A stretch of DNA of 32,000 nucleotides from Schaalia odontolytica. GTDB taxonomy: Bacteria > Actinomycetota > Actinomycetes > Actinomycetales > Actinomycetaceae. The position numbers and the translations under genes were made by a program. The notes beneath the pieces are model-generated. The model was not told the DNA's origin and ran no database searches. It was given only the letters and a program-made list of their open reading frames with translations. This document shows, in pieces, positions 1-8,559 of this stretch; position 1 is the first letter of the stretch; each line of letters begins with the position of its first letter. The DNA lies in contig NZ_CP040006.1 in assembly GCF_005696695.1 (NCBI RefSeq), positions 1,740,001 to 1,772,000 of the forward strand, read 5' to 3'.

Positions 1-244
1 TCGCGGCCCCCACGAGAGAATCGAGGAGTTCGCCTGTTCTCGCCCGTGCCTCGTCCTCATCCCCTCCGAGGAGGCCGCCACGGCGCGCGCCCTCGGACGC
101 CGCGCTCACGCTCATGGTGCGCACGTGCGAGGCGAAGGCCAGCTGAATGAGCAGGAGGATGACGAGGACGACGAGGCCCTGGACGAGGACCGTCGAGACG
201 ACCTCAGATCCCTCCTCAGATGCCCGCAATCGAGTCCATCGCAC
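1..244 (-). CDS. TadE-like pilus assembly protein (partial; C-terminal part lies beyond the left edge)
   Basis: Hand translation of the minus strand just downstream of the Flp-like ORF gives ..RASEEGSEVVSTVLVQGLVVLVILLLIQLAFASHVRTMSVSAASEGARRGGLLGGDEDEAR... This is a short charged N-terminus followed by one hydrophobic helix, as in TadE/Rv3654c-type proteins, and it sits after tadC-flp. The start is ambiguous (GTG at 244 or TTG at 229). It is absent from the ORF track because it is truncated. Confidence 0.45.
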   Translation of the reverse strand, partial: MRWTRLRASEEGSEVVSTVLVQGLVVLVILLLIQLAFASHVRTMSVSAASEGARRGGLLGGDEDEARARTGELLDSLVGAA

Positions 245-386
245 GGTTAAAGATCTCCACGAGCCGCTCCGAGGCAACACCCCAGATGAGGACGACGAGC
301 GCGGCCGTCATGAGGGTGATGAGGACCCACCCGGGCACGTCGCCGCGCTCCCCGAGGGGAGCCTTCCTGAGAAAGAGTTTCTTCAT
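216..386 (-). CDS. Flp-type (DUF4244-like) small pilin, 56 aa
   Basis: Hand translation: ATG at 386, TGA at 216-218, giving MKKLFLRKAPLGERGDVPGWVLITLMTAALVVLIWGVASERLVEIFNRAMDSIAGI. It has a basic leader and a single hydrophobic helix. A strong SD (AAGGAAGGAAAC) lies just upstream, inside the tadC 3' end. The position between tadC and the TadE-like gene matches actinobacterial tad loci. It is too short for the supplied ORF track. Confidence 0.55.
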   Translation of the reverse strand: MKKLFLRKAPLGERGDVPGWVLITLMTAALVVLIWGVASERLVEIFNRAMDSIAGI

Positions 387-401
387 GACTGTTTCCTTCC
401 T

Positions 402-1298
402 TCACGGGGTGAAATCCAGGGCGATGAGCCCCGGATAGAGGGCGAACATGACAGTGACTGGCAGGATGAGGGAGACGACGGGCAGGAGCATCGCGATTTC
501 GCGGCGTCCACCCTCCTCCATGAGGGCAGCGAGAGAGCGTTCGCGCTGGTCCCGGGCCTGATCGTGCAGGACCGAGGCCAGGGGCGAGCCGCGCTCGATC
601 GCCGTAGTGAGCGTGCGGCTCAGGCGCGTGAGGGCCGGGGATTCGGTGCGCTCAACGAGGTTGGCGAGAGCGCGCACGGAGGGCGTGCCGTTGCGGATGT
701 GCCCGGCTGTCAGCGACAGCTCCGCCCCAAGAGGGCCTCCCGCGCACCCGGCGACGCGCTCGATGGCGGCCGGGATCGACTCGCCGGCCGCCACCGCGAG
801 CGCGAGGAGTTCCGAGCAGTCGGGCACGGCGGCGTCGATCGCGCGCTGGCGGGCGTGTGCGCGCATGGTGAGGAAGCGGTCCATGCCGGCGACCCCGAGG
901 AGGGTTCCGACGAGCGCGCAGGCGCACAGGGGAATCAGGGAGGCGCGCAGGGAGGAAACGTGGCGCGCGGCGACGAGGGCGCACGCTGCGACGAGGCCTG
1001 CCACCCCTGCGACTGCCTGGCGCAGCCGGAAGACGGACACGTCCGGGTTCATACCAGCCAGGGCGAGCCTGCGGGCGACGGATTCGCTGGTGGATCCGAG
1101 GGAATCGAGGGCTGAGGCGCTCATTCGGCGCGTCCACGCGACGAGCGCGGAGGGTGGCTGCTCCTGCACGCGGCCCTGCGCGACGCGGTCAACGAAGGAG
1201 GGGCGGCGCGCGAGGGCGGCGGCCAGGATGAGGACGAGGCCCGCGCCGGCGACGAGGGCGACGGCGAGGTCGAGGGCGCGCATGATCCACGGGTTCAT
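402..1298 (-). CDS. tadC: Tad pilus inner-membrane platform protein (type II secretion system F domain), TadC-like
   Basis: ORF 402..1421 trimmed to the internal ATG (MNPWIMRALDLAVALVAG..) at 1298, which overlaps the tadB stop as ATGA (1295-1298). It is a multi-TM protein with a T2SS-F-like soluble segment (AVPDCSELLALAVAAGESIPAAIERVA) and follows tadA-tadB. Confidence 0.8.
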   Translation of the reverse strand: MNPWIMRALDLAVALVAGAGLVLILAAALARRPSFVDRVAQGRVQEQPPSALVAWTRRMSASALDSLGSTSESVARRLALAGMNPDVSVFRLRQAVAGVAGLVAACALVAARHVSSLRASLIPLCACALVGTLLGVAGMDRFLTMRAHARQRAIDAAVPDCSELLALAVAAGESIPAAIERVAGCAGGPLGAELSLTAGHIRNGTPSVRALANLVERTESPALTRLSRTLTTAIERGSPLASVLHDQARDQRERSLAALMEEGGRREIAMLLPVVSLILPVTVMFALYPGLIALDFTP

Positions 1299-2161
1299 CG
1301 CGCGCCCCCAAGGTTCCTTGGGTCGGTGCTCAGGCGGCCCATGGCCTTCATGATCAGGTAGGCGATGACGCAGATGCCGGCCCCCGAGCACAGGACGGCG
1401 ATACCGCCCGGCGAGTTCCACACGTGTGCGCTGGCCCCGCCTCCCGACAGGAGGAGCAGGACGACCCAGGGGGCCGCGAGGCCGAGTCGGGCGGCGCCCA
1501 CGGTCCAGGATTGACGCGCCTCAAGTTCTCCGCGCACGCGCGAATCCTCGCGCAGGAGCGAGGCGAGGTCTTGCAGCAGGCGGGTCAGGTCCGCCCCGCC
1601 GACAGATCGAGCGATGCGCAACGCCTCGACGATGCGGTCGGCAACGGGGTCCGCGACCGTCTCTTTCATCGTGTCCAAAGCAGGCTCGAAGCGGCCATTA
1701 GCACTGTAATCGCGCGAGAACGCTTCGAAGGCGAAGCGCACGGGGACGGGCCCCTCCTCGGCCAGGTCGCAGAGCACCTGGGGCAGCGCAGTGCCCGCAC
1801 GCACGCCGGACACCATCGCGTCGATGACCTCCGGCCAGGCGGCCCGAACGGTCTTTGCGTGTGCGCCCAGGCGCGAGACGACCCACGCGTAGGGCAGGAA
1901 CGCGACGCCGACGGAGACGATGAGGGCGACGGGCCAGGCTCCCGTGACGGCCAAGATAGCGAGCGCGACGACGATTCCGACTCCGAGGCTCAGCGCGACG
2001 AGGCGCGCGGCCGTCAATCCGGGGATGCGGGCGCGGGCCACGTCCTCGCGCAGGCGCTTCCACGGCCCCCACGGGCGCCACGCCGGCGGCGGCGTGAACC
2101 AGGGGGACACGGCTAGGACGAGGCCGATCCCGAACACGAGCCCGCACACGATCGCAATCAC
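1295..2161 (-). CDS. tadB: Tad pilus inner-membrane platform protein (type II secretion system F domain), TadB-like
   Basis: ORF 1295..2371 trimmed to the GTG at 2161 (VIAIVCGLVFGIGLVLAV..), which overlaps the tadA stop as GTGA (2158-2161). The Arg/Pro-rich N-terminal extension in the ORF track looks non-coding. Hydrophobic helices flank a T2SS-F-like cytoplasmic domain. Confidence 0.8.
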   Translation of the reverse strand: MIAIVCGLVFGIGLVLAVSPWFTPPPAWRPWGPWKRLREDVARARIPGLTAARLVALSLGVGIVVALAILAVTGAWPVALIVSVGVAFLPYAWVVSRLGAHAKTVRAAWPEVIDAMVSGVRAGTALPQVLCDLAEEGPVPVRFAFEAFSRDYSANGRFEPALDTMKETVADPVADRIVEALRIARSVGGADLTRLLQDLASLLREDSRVRGELEARQSWTVGAARLGLAAPWVVLLLLSGGGASAHVWNSPGGIAVLCSGAGICVIAYLIMKAMGRLSTDPRNLGGAR

Positions 2162-3372
2162 GCCGGTCCCCAATCCAGAAGGGACGCGAGGTCGAAGCCG
2201 GCGGCGGCAAAACGATCGTGCAGGTCGAGGCCGCCCGTTCCTCGTGCGCACCGGTGCCCATCGAAGCGGAAGAGGGTGGCTGTCTCGATCCGGTTTCCTT
2301 CGACGCGCCCGGGGACCGCCATGATCTCGGCGACGTGGCGCTGCCCGTCCGCGCCCCGCTCGACGTGACACACGAGGTCGATGGACGAAGCCAGGGTCGG
2401 GGTGACGAATCCCGTCGTCACGTTCTCCCCCGCCAGGAGCGGCAGGATCGACAGCTTGTCGAGGGCCTCGCGGGCCGAGTTCGCATGCACGGTCGCCATG
2501 CCCGGCACGCCCGCATTGAGGGCCACCAGCAGGTCGAGGGCTTCAGGGCCTCGGACCTCGCCAACGATCAGGTACTCGGGGCGCATACGCAGCGATTCGC
2601 GCACGAGGTCACGCAGCGTTATCTCGCCCGTCCCCTCCGCGCCGGCCGGGCGCGTCTGCATCGCGACGTGGTCCCAGTTGGCCAGACCCAACTCGAAGAC
2701 CTCCTCGCAGGAGATGACGCGGCGCGACCTGGGCAACTCCCCCGCGAGCGCGCGCAGCAGCGTCGTCTTCCCAGCCTGCGTGCCTCCCGAGACGAGGACG
2801 GAGAGCCCCACAGAGACGGCGGCCGCCAAAAAATCCCGCATCGGAGGAGCGAGCATGTCAACCGCGACCAGGTCATCCAGGGTACGGGCGCTCTGGATGT
2901 GCTTGCGGATATTAACGCTCCACGACGATCCCGTGACGGGCGGAATGACGACGTGGAGGCGCTCCCCTCCCGCGAGCATCGCATCCACGAAGGGGCTGGA
3001 CAGATCGAGCCTGCGCCCGGAGTGGTGGAGCATGCGCTCGACGAGCGCGCGCACGTCCTCGTCGGTGAGGATCAGGCTGGTCAGCTCGGCGACACCCGCA
3101 CGGGCCACGAACACGCGCGACGCCGCATTGATCCAGATTTCCTCGACCGAGGGATCATCCATGAGCGCCTGAAGCGGGCCCAGACCGCAGATGTCATCCA
3201 TGAGGTCCGCTTCGACCTGCTCGCGGGCCGCGGGCAGCAGGTCGGGCGCAAAACGGTCGATGGCGCGGTGAATGAGCAGACGCACGGATCGAGGGTCTCG
3301 GGCCGCGTCGACTCCACCCGCGGCTAAATCCTCACGCACCCGTGCGGCGAGCGCGCGCGTCGTGGCTTCCAT
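2158..3372 (-). CDS. tadA: TadA/CpaF-family type II/IV secretion ATPase
   Basis: 404-aa ORF with a Walker A motif (VSGGTQAGKTTLLRAL) and the CpaF-like signatures EEIWINA and LRMRPEYLIVGEVRGPEA. SD AAGGAGG lies upstream of the ATG at 3372. It is the first gene of the tad operon. Confidence 0.93.
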   Translation of the reverse strand: MEATTRALAARVREDLAAGGVDAARDPRSVRLLIHRAIDRFAPDLLPAAREQVEADLMDDICGLGPLQALMDDPSVEEIWINAASRVFVARAGVAELTSLILTDEDVRALVERMLHHSGRRLDLSSPFVDAMLAGGERLHVVIPPVTGSSWSVNIRKHIQSARTLDDLVAVDMLAPPMRDFLAAAVSVGLSVLVSGGTQAGKTTLLRALAGELPRSRRVISCEEVFELGLANWDHVAMQTRPAGAEGTGEITLRDLVRESLRMRPEYLIVGEVRGPEALDLLVALNAGVPGMATVHANSAREALDKLSILPLLAGENVTTGFVTPTLASSIDLVCHVERGADGQRHVAEIMAVPGRVEGNRIETATLFRFDGHRCARGTGGLDLHDRFAAAGFDLASLLDWGPA

Positions 3373-3515
3373 CGCTGCGCCTCCTTGCTACAGACCAAGC
3401 CAATGTGTCGAAAGTAACAGAGTTTTTCGGCAAGGAGCAAACCCACATCCATTCAATCCTCCTCGCGCCCGCGCGGGGAGAAGCGCACGGCCCCAGGCCG
3501 CGATACGTTAAGGCA

Positions 3516-4694
3516 ATGACCTCCCGCAAGAGCCCCCTCGAACTGGCAGCCCTGGCCACCGCAGCCGTCCCCGGCATGCGCGTCACCGCCCTGCGCCCGC
3601 CCACCTACAGCGACGAGCTCTCCACCGTGACCGGCATCGAAGACGCCGCCGGACACCGCTGGATCGTCACCTGCCCCCACGAGGAGGTCTCCGGACCCGC
3701 ACTCGAGGCGACCTCCGGCATCCTGGATCGGCTCGGCCAGGCACACGACCACGACTACATTCCCTTCGACGTGCCGCGCCTGGCAGGCCAGGTAAAGACC
3801 AGCGACGGCGGTACCGTCTACGTCCACCGCGACCCGGGCGGCACCGCCCCCACGGACGAGGACCTCGACACCGATCCCCTGCTGCCCGCGTCCCTCGGAC
3901 GCGCCCTCGCGGCCCTGCACAACCTCCCCGAGACCGTCTTCTCCTCGATCGGCCTGCCCAGCTACACGGCCATCGAGTGCCGCGATCGCAACCTCGCCCT
4001 CCTCGACGAGGCCGCCCGCGAAGTCGCCATCCCCGCCGCCCTGTGGAGCCGCTGGGAGGCCGCCCTCGAGGACGTGTCCCTGTGGCGCTTCCCCTCCGCA
4101 CCCATCCACGGCGATATCCAGGAGCGCTGCCTGTCCGTCAAGCGCGGCTCACTGCTCGCCATCGGCGGCTGGACCAGCGCACACGTCGGCGACCCCGCAC
4201 TCGACATCGCATGGGTCCAGGCCACCGCCCCCGACGCATTCCTCGACCGTTTCCGCGAGACCTACGGCCACGAGCGCCGCGCCACCGACCTGCACGTCTT
4301 CACGCGCGCCCAGCTCCTGTCCGAGATCGCGCTCGTGCGCTGGCTCGTGCACGGCCTGCACGCCGAAGACCCCTCCATCGTCGAAGAGGCCCGCTCAATG
4401 CTCGACGACCTGGCCAAGGACCTCGACGGTGAGCCCCTGCTGCCCTCGCACGCATCCGCGATGGGGGCGCGCATCTCCCTGACCCCCATCGAGTCCCCCT
4501 CCGCCTCGCCGATCGAGGCCTCGGAACCAACCCCGAGCGCGGCGGACGAGACCGACGACGACTCCAACGAGCCCACCGTCCCCGTGTCGCGCCCGGCCTC
4601 CGCGCTCAAGCGCAAGCTCGCCGAGGGCGAGGTCGACCCGGCCGCCCCCACGGAGCGCCTCAGCCTCGGCCCCGACGGCACGCTGCTGCGCTAA
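3516..4694 (+). CDS. Phosphotransferase (APH/choline-kinase fold) family protein, probably catalytically degenerate, with an acidic disordered C-tail
   Basis: ORF 3342..4694 trimmed to the ATG at 3516 (MTSRKSPLELAAL..). The APH-type block HGDIQERCLSVKRGSLLAIGGWTSAHVGDPALDIAWV is recognisable, but it carries Cys in place of the HGDxxxxN Asn and Gly in place of the IDW Asp. Confidence 0.75.
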   Translation: MTSRKSPLELAALATAAVPGMRVTALRPPTYSDELSTVTGIEDAAGHRWIVTCPHEEVSGPALEATSGILDRLGQAHDHDYIPFDVPRLAGQVKTSDGGTVYVHRDPGGTAPTDEDLDTDPLLPASLGRALAALHNLPETVFSSIGLPSYTAIECRDRNLALLDEAAREVAIPAALWSRWEAALEDVSLWRFPSAPIHGDIQERCLSVKRGSLLAIGGWTSAHVGDPALDIAWVQATAPDAFLDRFRETYGHERRATDLHVFTRAQLLSEIALVRWLVHGLHAEDPSIVEEARSMLDDLAKDLDGEPLLPSHASAMGARISLTPIESPSASPIEASEPTPSAADETDDDSNEPTVPVSRPASALKRKLAEGEVDPAAPTERLSLGPDGTLLR

Positions 4695-4747
4695 CCGCGC
4701 CGCGCCGCACGCGGAACGACCACCCAGGGGCGCTCCCACGTCGAGAA

Positions 4748-4783
4748 CCGGGGCCCGTCAGGTTTCCACCTGACGGGCCCCGG
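4748..4783. terminator. Bidirectional intrinsic-terminator hairpin between convergent genes
   Basis: Perfect 16-bp stem, CCGGGGCCCGTCAGGT / ACCTGACGGGCCCCGG, with loop TTCC, between the stop at 4694 (+) and the stop at 4813 (-). Confidence 0.7.
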
Positions 4784-4812
4784 CCTCGTTGATCGTTGTG
4801 AAGGCGCGCGCC

Positions 4813-5205
4813 TCAGCGGGACTGACCGTCCCCCTGATGGGATGCCTCGAGAGCATCGACGCGGCGCTGCAGATCCTCCACCTGAAGGCGCAGAATCGCG
4901 GCCTCCTCGGTCAAGCGACGACGATCCTCGTCCGAACGCGACAGGTCCACCGAGAAACGCAGCGACAGGAGCAGCAGCACCACACCCGCCACGAAGAACC
5001 CGAGATTCAGCGGAACGACAACGCCCAGCTGGATCGCACTCCACTTCAGGATCGGCGGGAAGATGGACAGCAGCGCCGTGAAGAAGGCGATGCAGTACCA
5101 CCACAGGCCGTAGCGTTCCTTCAGGCCCGAGTTACGCATCTTGACGAACACCATCACCAGGATGATGATCGCGAACACCAGTCCAAGCACGTACGTGGGG
5201 CTCAT
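4813..5205 (-). CDS. DUF2304-family small membrane protein (partner of the upstream GT2)
   Basis: 130 aa with three hydrophobic helices followed by a charged coiled-coil tail (RRLTEEAAILRLQVEDLQRRVDALE). The start overlaps the GT2 stop (5202-5205). Confidence 0.8.
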   Translation of the reverse strand: MSPTYVLGLVFAIIILVMVFVKMRNSGLKERYGLWWYCIAFFTALLSIFPPILKWSAIQLGVVVPLNLGFFVAGVVLLLLSLRFSVDLSRSDEDRRRLTEEAAILRLQVEDLQRRVDALEASHQGDGQSR

Positions 5206-5957
5206 GCATTCTCCTCCGGCGCCTGGGTGACCTTCTCTCCGGGGCGCGACAGCGAAACCGCGAGGGCCATCGTCGCGCGCACCAGGAAGAGCGCCGATTT
5301 GATCGGGTTGTGGGAGGGCTCGCCGCCCGCGCGCGGGTGCATCTGCACGCCGACCTCGCGCACGACCAGGTGCGAGCGTGCCGCAATGACGAGCGCACCG
5401 ATCGTGTCACCCAAGTACTCGGCCGGGTAGTTGCGCGCGAAGAGCGAGAGCGCACGAGGACCGTAGAGCTTGAAACCGCTGGTCGTATCGCTCAAATGAG
5501 TCTCACACACGCGCGAGAGGATGAACGAGAAAAGGTTCATCGCCCACTTGCGCGGGCCCCGCGCGTGGTAGTTGCCCTTACCCGCGAAACGCGAGCCAAT
5601 GACGACGTCCGCGTGCTCGCTCGAGGCCGTCTCGATGAGCGTCTCGATCTCTCGCGGGTCGTGCTGGCCATCCGCGTCGAGCTGACACGCATACTCGTAG
5701 CCCATGCGCCGCGCGTACTGGAAGCCGGCGCGCATCGCGCCACCGACCCCCAGGTTGAGCGGCAGGTCGAGGACGGCCACGCCCGCGGCGCGCGCGATAT
5801 CGGCGGTCGCGTCCGTCGACCCGTCGGAGACCACGAGGATGTCCGCGAATGAAGGCTTCTCAACCTTCACCATCTCGAGGACGTCACCGAGCACCTCCTC
5901 CTCGTTCCACGCGGGGATAACGATGAGCAGGCGGGACTGAGCACTGGGACGGCTCAC
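5202..5957 (-). CDS. Family 2 glycosyltransferase (polyprenol-phosphate glycosyltransferase-like)
   Basis: 251 aa with the GT-A signatures LLIVIPAWNEEE, ILVVSDGSTDAT and QLDADGQHDP. It abuts the rmlA stop (5958). Confidence 0.9.
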   Translation of the reverse strand: MSRPSAQSRLLIVIPAWNEEEVLGDVLEMVKVEKPSFADILVVSDGSTDATADIARAAGVAVLDLPLNLGVGGAMRAGFQYARRMGYEYACQLDADGQHDPREIETLIETASSEHADVVIGSRFAGKGNYHARGPRKWAMNLFSFILSRVCETHLSDTTSGFKLYGPRALSLFARNYPAEYLGDTIGALVIAARSHLVVREVGVQMHPRAGGEPSHNPIKSALFLVRATMALAVSLSRPGEKVTQAPEENA

Positions 5958-6830
5958 TCAGCGACCCTCTCGCTCAAGCAGCTCGAGCAGGTAGGCGCCG
6001 TAACCGGACTTGACCAGAGGCTCGGCGCGCTGGCGCAGGCCCTCGTCGTCGATGAAGCCCATGCGCCACGCGACCTCTTCGGGGGCACCGATCTTCATGC
6101 CCTGGCGGGCCTCAACCGTACGCACGAAGGCGGTGGCGTCAGCGAGGGAGTCGAACGTGCCGGTGTCGAGCCACGCGGTGCCGCGCGGCAGGACCTCGAC
6201 CTTGAGCTTGCCAGCCTCGAGGTAGGAGCGGTTCACATCGGTGATCTCGTACTCACCACGCGCGCTCGGCTTGAGGTTGCGGGCGATCTCGACCACGTCG
6301 TTATCGTAGAAGTACAGGCCGGGCACCGCATAGTTCGACTTGGGGTGCTCGGGCTTTTCCTCGATCGACAGCGCGTTGAACTCCTCGTCGAATTCCACGA
6401 CGCCGTACTCACGCGGGTTGGACACGTGGTAGGCGAAGACGGCACCACCGTCGGGGTCGACGTGGCGGCGCAGCTGGGCACCCATGCCGGGGCCGTAGAA
6501 GATGTTGTCGCCCAGGACCAGGGCGGCACTGTCGTTGCCCACGTGATCGGCGCCGAGCACGAAGGCCTGCGCGAGGCCGTTGGGCTCGTGCTGGACAGCG
6601 TAGGAAATGTTGACGCCGAGCTGGCTGCCGTCGCCAAGCAGGCGATGGAACGACGGAGCGTCGTGGGGGGTCGTGATGACGAGGACCTCAGAAATGCCCG
6701 CCAGCATGAGGGTCGACAGCGGGTAGTAGATCATCGGCTTGTCGTAGACGGGGACGAGCTGCTTCGATGTCCCCAGCGTAATCGGGTTGAGACGGGTGCC
6801 CGAGCCGCCCGCCAGGATGATGCCTTTCAT
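5958..6830 (-). CDS. rmlA: Glucose-1-phosphate thymidylyltransferase
   Basis: ORF 5958..6881 trimmed to [46 protein letters not shown] (ATG at 6830, SD GGAGGC 5 nt upstream). This is the classic RmlA/RfbA N-terminus and the match runs the full length. Confidence 0.95.
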   Translation of the reverse strand: MKGIILAGGSGTRLNPITLGTSKQLVPVYDKPMIYYPLSTLMLAGISEVLVITTPHDAPSFHRLLGDGSQLGVNISYAVQHEPNGLAQAFVLGADHVGNDSAALVLGDNIFYGPGMGAQLRRHVDPDGGAVFAYHVSNPREYGVVEFDEEFNALSIEEKPEHPKSNYAVPGLYFYDNDVVEIARNLKPSARGEYEITDVNRSYLEAGKLKVEVLPRGTAWLDTGTFDSLADATAFVRTVEARQGMKIGAPEEVAWRMGFIDDEGLRQRAEPLVKSGYGAYLLELLEREGR

Positions 6831-6874
6831 GTTGCCTCCGCTTCCCGGCGCGTCCTCGTGTGGGTCGCGCGTCG

Positions 6875-6904
6875 TTGACAATTATCCCTACACAACAGTA
6901 TTTT
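6875..6904 (+). promoter_or_regulatory. Candidate sigma-70-type promoter in the rmlA / rmlCD divergent intergenic region
   Basis: TTGACA (6875-6880), an 18-nt spacer, then TATTTT (6899-6904) on the plus strand. On the minus strand a GATAAT (plus ATTATC, 6881-6886) could serve rmlA. This rests on sequence pattern only. Confidence 0.3.
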
Positions 6905-7025
6905 TCCACAACTTTGCCCCCGCGCGCGCCCATGGGGCGGCGCACACCGCCGCGGGGGTGCAGATCGGATAGTATTTACATGGAATGTTGCGTCCGCACA
7001 AAAACCACGCACGTAAGGAAGAACC

Positions 7026-8453
7026 ATGGCGCCCACCGCTAAGCCCCTGGGGATTACGACCACGCCGATCCCCGGCTTTTTGCGCATTGATCTGACTGTT
7101 CACGGCGATAACCGAGGCTGGTTCAAGGAGAATTGGCAGCGCGAGAAGATGGTCGCGCTGGGCCTGCCGGATTTCCAGCCCGTGCAGAACAACATCTCGT
7201 TCAACGACGAGGTCGGGGTGACGCGAGGCATTCACGCGGAGCCGTGGGATAAGTTCGTGTCGGTCGCGACCGGCCGCGTGTTTGGCGCGTGGGTGGACCT
7301 GCGCGAGGGCCCGTCCTTCGGCACCGTCTACACGACGATCATCGATCCGGGCGTCGCGGTGTTCGTCCCCAAGGGCGTGGGCAACTCCTACCAGACCCTG
7401 GAGCCGAACACGGCCTACACGTACCTGGTCAACGACCACTGGTCGCCGGACGCGCGCTACACCTTCCTGAACCTGGCTGACGAGACGGCCGCCGTGGATT
7501 GGCCGATCCCGCTCGAGCGCGCCATCCTGTCCGACAAGGACAAGGCACACCCGCGCATGGCGGAGGTGACCCCCTTCCCTGCCCCGGCTCCCGTGGGTCG
7601 CCGCGCGCTCGTGACGGGCGCGAACGGCCAGCTCGGCCGCGAGCTCATGCGCGCGCTGCCCGAGGCAGGCTTCACGGTGACGGGCGTGGACCTGCCCGAG
7701 GTGTCGATTTCCGACGCCGAGCAGGTGGCCACTCTGCCGTGGGATGACATCGACGTGGTGATCAACGCGGCCGCGTGGACGAACGTCGACGGCGCTGAGA
7801 CGCCCGAGGGTCGCCGCGCGACCTGGCAGGCGAACTCGACGGGCCCGGCGATCCTGGCCCGCGAGGCCACGGCTCACGGCGCGACGATGGTTCACATCTC
7901 GACGGAGTACGTCTTCGATGGCACGCAGGACGTGCACCTCGAGGACGAGGCCCCCTCTCCCCTGGGCGCGTACGGCCAGTCGAAGGCGGGCGGCGACGCC
8001 GCTGTGGCCTCGACGCCGAAGCACTACATCGTGCGCACCTCCTGGGTTGTGGGCGACGGCAAGAACTTCCTGAAGACCATGGCATCCCTGGCAGATCAGG
8101 GCACTTCCCCCTCGGTCGTGTCCGACCAGGTGGGCCGCCTGACCTTCACCTCCGACCTGGCCAAGGGCATCATTCACCTACTGACCAGCGACGCCCCGTT
8201 TGGCACCTACAACCTGTCGGGCGAGGGACCGGTCATGAGCTGGGCGCAGATCGCCAAGCGCGTGTTCGAGCTGTGCGGCCGCAATCCGGAAGACGTCACC
8301 GAGGTGACGACGGAGGAGTACTTCGCGGGCCGCGAGGTGGCTCCGCGCCCCCTGTCCTCCGTCCTCGACCTGACGAAGATCAAGGCCGCGGGCTTCACCC
8401 CCGAGGATTCCTCGCAGCGCATCGACTCCTACGTCGCTTCCCTGCGCGGCTGA
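7026..8453 (+). CDS. rmlCD: Bifunctional dTDP-4-dehydrorhamnose 3,5-epimerase / dTDP-4-dehydrorhamnose reductase (RmlC-RmlD fusion)
   Basis: 475 aa. The N-terminal ~190 aa are an RmlC-like cupin (HGDNRGWFKENW, RGIHAEPWDKFVSV). From about residue 192 (nt ~7600) there is an RmlD-type Rossmann domain (ALVTGANGQLGRELMRAL, STEYVFDG, YGQSK). SD AAGGAAG lies upstream of the ATG at 7026. Confidence 0.9.
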   Translation: MAPTAKPLGITTTPIPGFLRIDLTVHGDNRGWFKENWQREKMVALGLPDFQPVQNNISFNDEVGVTRGIHAEPWDKFVSVATGRVFGAWVDLREGPSFGTVYTTIIDPGVAVFVPKGVGNSYQTLEPNTAYTYLVNDHWSPDARYTFLNLADETAAVDWPIPLERAILSDKDKAHPRMAEVTPFPAPAPVGRRALVTGANGQLGRELMRALPEAGFTVTGVDLPEVSISDAEQVATLPWDDIDVVINAAAWTNVDGAETPEGRRATWQANSTGPAILAREATAHGATMVHISTEYVFDGTQDVHLEDEAPSPLGAYGQSKAGGDAAVASTPKHYIVRTSWVVGDGKNFLKTMASLADQGTSPSVVSDQVGRLTFTSDLAKGIIHLLTSDAPFGTYNLSGEGPVMSWAQIAKRVFELCGRNPEDVTEVTTEEYFAGREVAPRPLSSVLDLTKIKAAGFTPEDSSQRIDSYVASLRG

Positions 8454-8471
8454 CCACCACACCGACGAGGC

Positions 8472-8503
8472 AGGCCCCGGGCACCGACAGGTGCTCGGGG
8501 CCT
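8472..8503. terminator. Hairpin between convergent rmlCD and the HD-domain gene
   Basis: AGGCCCCGGGCACC-GACA-GGTGCTCGGGGCCT, a 14-bp stem with one G:U pair. There is no clear U-tract on either strand. Confidence 0.5.
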
Positions 8504-8559
8504 CGCACATTCTGGGTTGATCTTGGGCAGCGCGCAGCGGATTCGCCCCGAACGTGCAC

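Noticed and set aside
147-1115. A 322-aa plus-strand ORF, and similar long ORFs at 6888..8177 (-), 15061..16668 (+), 20604..22106 (+), 25011..26189 (-), 26420..27808 (+), 13808..14926 (+), 18779..19867 (-) and 9027..9917 (+).
   Set aside because: All lie antisense to, or out of frame with, genes that have clear family signatures. Their products are low-complexity Arg/Gly/Pro/Asp-rich sequences. I treat them as G+C-driven artefacts.
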